38,903 nt of DNA from Bigelowiella natans CCMP2755 (lineage: Eukaryota > Protista > Cercozoa): positions 1 to 38,903 of the forward strand of contig ADNK01001271.1 of NCBI GenBank assembly GCA_000320545.1, given 5' to 3'. How positions within the stretch are numbered: the stretch's first letter is position 1; the number at the start of each line of letters is the position of its first letter. Made by a program: the position numbers and the translations under genes. Shown piece after piece: positions 34,804 through 38,903 of the stretch. Under the pieces are notes generated by a model. The model saw only the letters and a program-made list of their open reading frames with translations, did not search any database and was not told the DNA's origin.

Positions 34804-37800
34804 ATGGAAACAGAGAGAGAAAGAAAGATGAAGGATGATTCTTCAGTTTGCATTGTTCTCAATCCCTCAGTGCTGTACTTCTGGCAAAAATATTACGATA
34901 TTATATCGATAGTATATCGTTCTCGCCATCCGGTTGTGGCAAACTACGAATGGGGGAAGGAGCAGTTGAACCCGCCCCCCCCCCTCTTCTTCCAACACTG
35001 ATTCTTCCGTCGGCGTCGCCACTGTCACAAAAATCGCTTAGTCAGAAAGATTGTGATTTGGCATTTGAAGGGAAAGAATGATGGAAAGGAATGAGAGAGG
35101 TCACCCGTCCCCCTCCTGATGATTTCTTGCGATTTGCTATCCTTCGAGTGCCGGAAGTAGCCTCTACACGCGTAGCTGCATCTACGAACCCAGTCAAATG
35201 TCTCATCGATCACTAATATATCCGCGACAACAGTTAGCCTGAAGCAAACGCACGCACACACACACACACACACACACACAATGGTTAGCGTAGCCCCGCC
35301 TCGGCGGGTGTGTTGAGAGTAGGGTAGGAGGATGATCGGGTTCTAGAATTCCCGATATGCGCCGGCGCATACGTAACAGAAATGATTCTTTGTCTTTGCT
35401 TTGTTCCACTTGAACAGTGGCGAAGAATCAAGAGCCTCTAGCCAAGGCTCCATCGTCGTCGGGTCCATCGTCATCATCATCATCATCATCATCATTCGAT
35501 AATCTGCAAAAGAAGAGGAATATGGAGAGAAACCGGCGTGTTGCTCTGGAGGAGTGGGAGACCCTGCGACAGCTGCAGCAAACTCTTATGTATTCAAGGT
35601 TATTGATGACAACTGGCAGCCCAGCTGTCATGTTGTTGTGCAATTTGTCACCGAAATCCCTGATTATGTGCATCCTCCTCCTCCTCCTGCTACTGCTTCT
35701 TGTCTTCAGATTTATCCAGCAATCTCATGCGTCGCTACTTTGCTCCGTACGCGACGAGATCGTGGGTCTTGAGAAATCCCTGCTCGGAGTGCGTGCTCTC
35801 GACCATGCTGTCGCTGACCTTTTGGTAGGGAACGACAACAACAACAATGATAATGATGATGATTGATGATGATGATGATAATGATGATGATGACCAACAA
35901 CAATCAAGAATCAGATTCAATGAGAATAACTATTTACGATAAACATTCGATAAACTGCAATCCTCTCCCTGCCCCTGATCCCCTTTTCATCGTTTGTGTT
36001 CAGACCTTCCAGGGCCACGATACGGTAGCCGACAGCAGCGGTAATAGACAGCAGCAGCACAACGATGTGAAGAGGAAACCATTCGTCTCTGGGATTGGCG
36101 CAGGATTCAACGGGGGCGAGTCGAACCCGGCCGGTAATTTTCCATCGTCGTCGTCGTCTTCGCTGTACTCCATGGAGGGGGGCACGACGTCATCCATGTC
36201 GTCGTCCTCGCCTTTCTTCTTGGGATACGAAATGAAGAATCGATTCTGTGACTTGATGAAGCGGCTGAGGGACATGCCGAGGGCGCTGGGAAGGCTTCTC
36301 GCGTTGTGCGTGGAACAAAACGTCGTGCAGGTAGACGAATTTGCGCCCGTCTCCAAGGCGATCGTGGGCGACCTGTACGGCATCTTTGCGCTGCACCGTC
36401 CCATCCCCTACGCCGGGGGGGTGTGCGTATCTGGTGAGAAGAAGCTCCTGGCCATGTTAGAAGCCATGTTGATATCCCTCAAGCGCTCGCGAGTGAAGCT
36501 GCGGCAGATATCCCTGCCTCATCGTCTTCTGCATGAGTATGCCTCCAGGGTCGGCAGAAAGTTTCTCCACGCGACCATCCTGCCGCTTGTCACGCACCTG
36601 TCCACCAATAGCTACTATCAGGAAGGCGGAGAAGGCGGAGGAGGAGGAGGAGGAGGAGGGGGAGGAGCAAGGACGGCAATAGCCAACAATACCGTTCATT
36701 TTCCAGAGGGTCATGACCTCCTGGAGACTCACACGTCGTCTTCTTCGTCTTCTTCCACAAAGACAAAAGGAGGAGGAGGAGGAGTGAGCAACGACGGCGA
36801 TGACAACAACATCTCTGGCAACTACATGGGCACCACGCAGCTCGAGGGAATTCAGAAGTGCGTGTCGCGGCTTCTACAGAGAATCTTACACAGCCTGCCG
36901 GTCGTTCCCATCGGCCTCCGGATTCTTATCAACAAGATATACCGCCTCGAGGAGGAGGAGGAGGAGGAGGAGGAGGAGGGAGGAGGAGGAGAAGCCTTGC
37001 CTGGAGATATAAGCTCGCTACGCACGTTCTTTTGGGACTGGATGGTCGACGCTATTCTGAACCCTGACCCCCATCAGCTGTGTCGTTGGCGGCCGCTCTC
37101 GCACTCGGCCCGCGCCTCCATCCACCTCGTAGCCACGGTCATCGTGAAGCTGGCGCAAGCAAGGCCGGAGGCATCAAGGTTCGCCTCCGTGACCCCACAG
37201 TCGGTGCTTAATGAGTACATCGCTAGCATGCGCCCTCGCATCGAGGTCTTTTCCCGGCACCTCAGAGACCTACCGGAATCCGCGCTGGAAGTGTACTCGA
37301 GGGGGGAGAGGGAAGTCCACACTGGCCCCTTTGGATTGCGAAGTGGTAGCGACGGGTACGAGTTTGTCAGGGGGGAAACTAAGGAAGGAAGGAGCAGAGG
37401 AAGAGGAGGAGGAGGAGGAGGAAAATCGGGTTTCCTATATGCTTCCTCCCCGTCTTTGTCGGTATCGTCCGCCCCCCCCAGCATAGAGCCCCTCGTGTTC
37501 AGCCTCAGCAGCCTCCGCGCCTTCCACTCGCTTCTCCTGCGAGCTTGCGACTGTGAGGGGTGGGGAACGGAGCTGGATGCATTCAACGAAGACGATGGCG
37601 GCGTTATGTCCGCGGGCTCGTTGGCTGAGCTAATACGCGGGTGCAAGCTACCAGTCCAAAGCACCACCCCCCCACCGAACTCTCCTCGGAAGGAAATGCG
37701 GGGAAGCAGCAGGAGGAGGGAGGAGGACGGCTTAGACGGTGGAGAGGAGGCGGCGCTCGTCGTTCTCGATCCGGGTGCGTGTCGCGCTGCCAGTGTCATC

Positions 37801-37812
37801 CGTGTACTCACA

Positions 37813-37847
<35 letters not shown>

Positions 37848-38903
37848 CCATTATCGAATAGTTGTCATAGAATAATAATAATAGTAATAATAATGATGAC
37901 AATAGAATACATGCTGTTCATTACGCTGGCGGTTGGAAATGTAGCGACACACATAATCTAATGGCCTTCTACTATCTATCCATGTCATCCATTATTAGGT
38001 GTCACCGTGCCCACTGCGCCGAAACCTCCCAAGCGTCTGTTCGCACATCTCCCACACCGCTCCCCCCCCCACCAGGACCTGTCGCAAGAAGAGCGGAAGC
38101 AAAGTTTGAGGCAGCATCATGATCACCATCGACGGCAGCAACGAAACCCTCCAACCCCACCCGCGCGATCTAGGACAACGACGTCGATGAGACGGAGGGG
38201 TGAGGGGGGAAAGGCACAGCGGAAGATGACAGGTGAGAAGGAGGAGAGGAGGAAGAAGGAGGGGGAGGAGGAGGAGGAGGATGAGGAGGATGAGAAGCTG
38301 CTCCTTCAGGCTTTGAACAGGCTTGCAAGCGCCATCTCCAATACTCTGGTCATGGCTGGCGACATTTCTCGCAGGATCCCCTGCGGGACCGGAGGAATGA
38401 TGATGACAACGACGATGGCAGGCGCCATGGGGGGGGGGCTCAGCAGCCCAGTCAGCCCGTACACGACCACCAGCGAACATCGGTATAGAGATGGGGCGCA
38501 ATCAATGGCGTCATACAAAGAGGCTGAGAAGGATGGGGTGGGGGCGGGGGGGGGAGCAAAGGGGCTAATACATCACACGGGGTTTCCTTATCCCTCAAAA
38601 CGTAAATATAATAGCCGGACTAACACTACCACATATATTTCTGGGCTGTTGGCGGTGTTGCAGGCCCAAAATCATCTATCATCCAAGTGAACTACGTAAT
38701 CTAATTAATGCAATATGTAATATTTTCCCCCACCAAGCTCCTTCGTAGTGAGAGGAGAGGTGGCCTGGTAGTACTAGTACTAGTAGTAGTAGCTTGGAGT
38801 TAGAGAAAGGAGACACAAATGACTTCATCGGGCCGAAACGGGGAAGAGCTTCATCCATCATGATGCTATGCCAGTGGATCCCTGGAGATGCCACCGCTAC
38901 AAA
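34804..38903 (+). CDS. RasGAP-domain protein (IQGAP/GAPVD1-like GAP-related domain), 3' truncated by the window; 5' exons uncertain
   Basis: LMKRLRDMPRALGRLL, IVGDLYG..EKKLLAML, KLRQISLPHRLLHEYASRVGRKFLHATILPLV, ILHSLPVVPIGLRIL, FFWDWMVDAILNP and ARASIHLVATVIVKLA follow the RasGAP helix order. Confidence 0.72.

Larger units (their letters stand above)
25330..38800. repeat. Zone of abundant microsatellites and low-complexity tracts: (GAA)n ~26260, (CAT)n ~26655, (CT)n ~26900 and ~27920-28010, (TA)n ~30655 and ~37820, (GAT)n ~33445-33520, poly-G/C runs
   Basis: Seen directly in introns and exons. Confidence 0.9.

Noticed and set aside
37074-37817. 247-aa - strand ORF
   Set aside because: Antisense to the RasGAP exon.
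38767-38792. gta-CTAG-ta-CTAG-tag as further CTAG scars
   Set aside because: Embedded in a (TAG)n microsatellite, so not independent evidence.

Overview
Gene-dense eukaryotic nuclear DNA with spliceosomal introns and no prokaryotic operons, CRISPR arrays or rRNA/tRNA genes that I could see. Bipartite signal+transit leaders, short GT-AG introns and LxLRGG motifs suggest a secondary-plastid alga, most likely a chlorarachniophyte (Bigelowiella-like); this is inference. By splicing exons by hand I reconstructed about 11 genes, mostly in divergent/convergent pairs: an MPPED-type metallophosphoesterase; a very large polycystin-1-like receptor (beta-propeller, S/P/T stalk, REJ, GPS, about 5 TM, PDZ); GUCD1; a stand-alone RhoGEF DH protein; an RGG/RanBP2-zinc-finger protein with two ubiquitin-tail-like LxLRGG motifs; a bacterial-type fatty-acid desaturase; an unknown multi-exon gene; a two-RRM SR protein; a plastid/PPC-targeted DEAD-box helicase; a dual-specificity phosphatase; and a RasGAP-domain protein running off the right edge. 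The most unusual signal is non-coding. The CA/TG-rich spacers downstream of genes carry at least 8 exact N4-CTAG-N4 motifs (CTAG flanked by a 4-5 bp direct duplication). Two of them are insertions relative to paralogous repeat copies in this window, which looks like a recurrent excision or repair scar. The same spacers hold two dispersed repeat families, one nested in the other. All exon boundaries are manual predictions.
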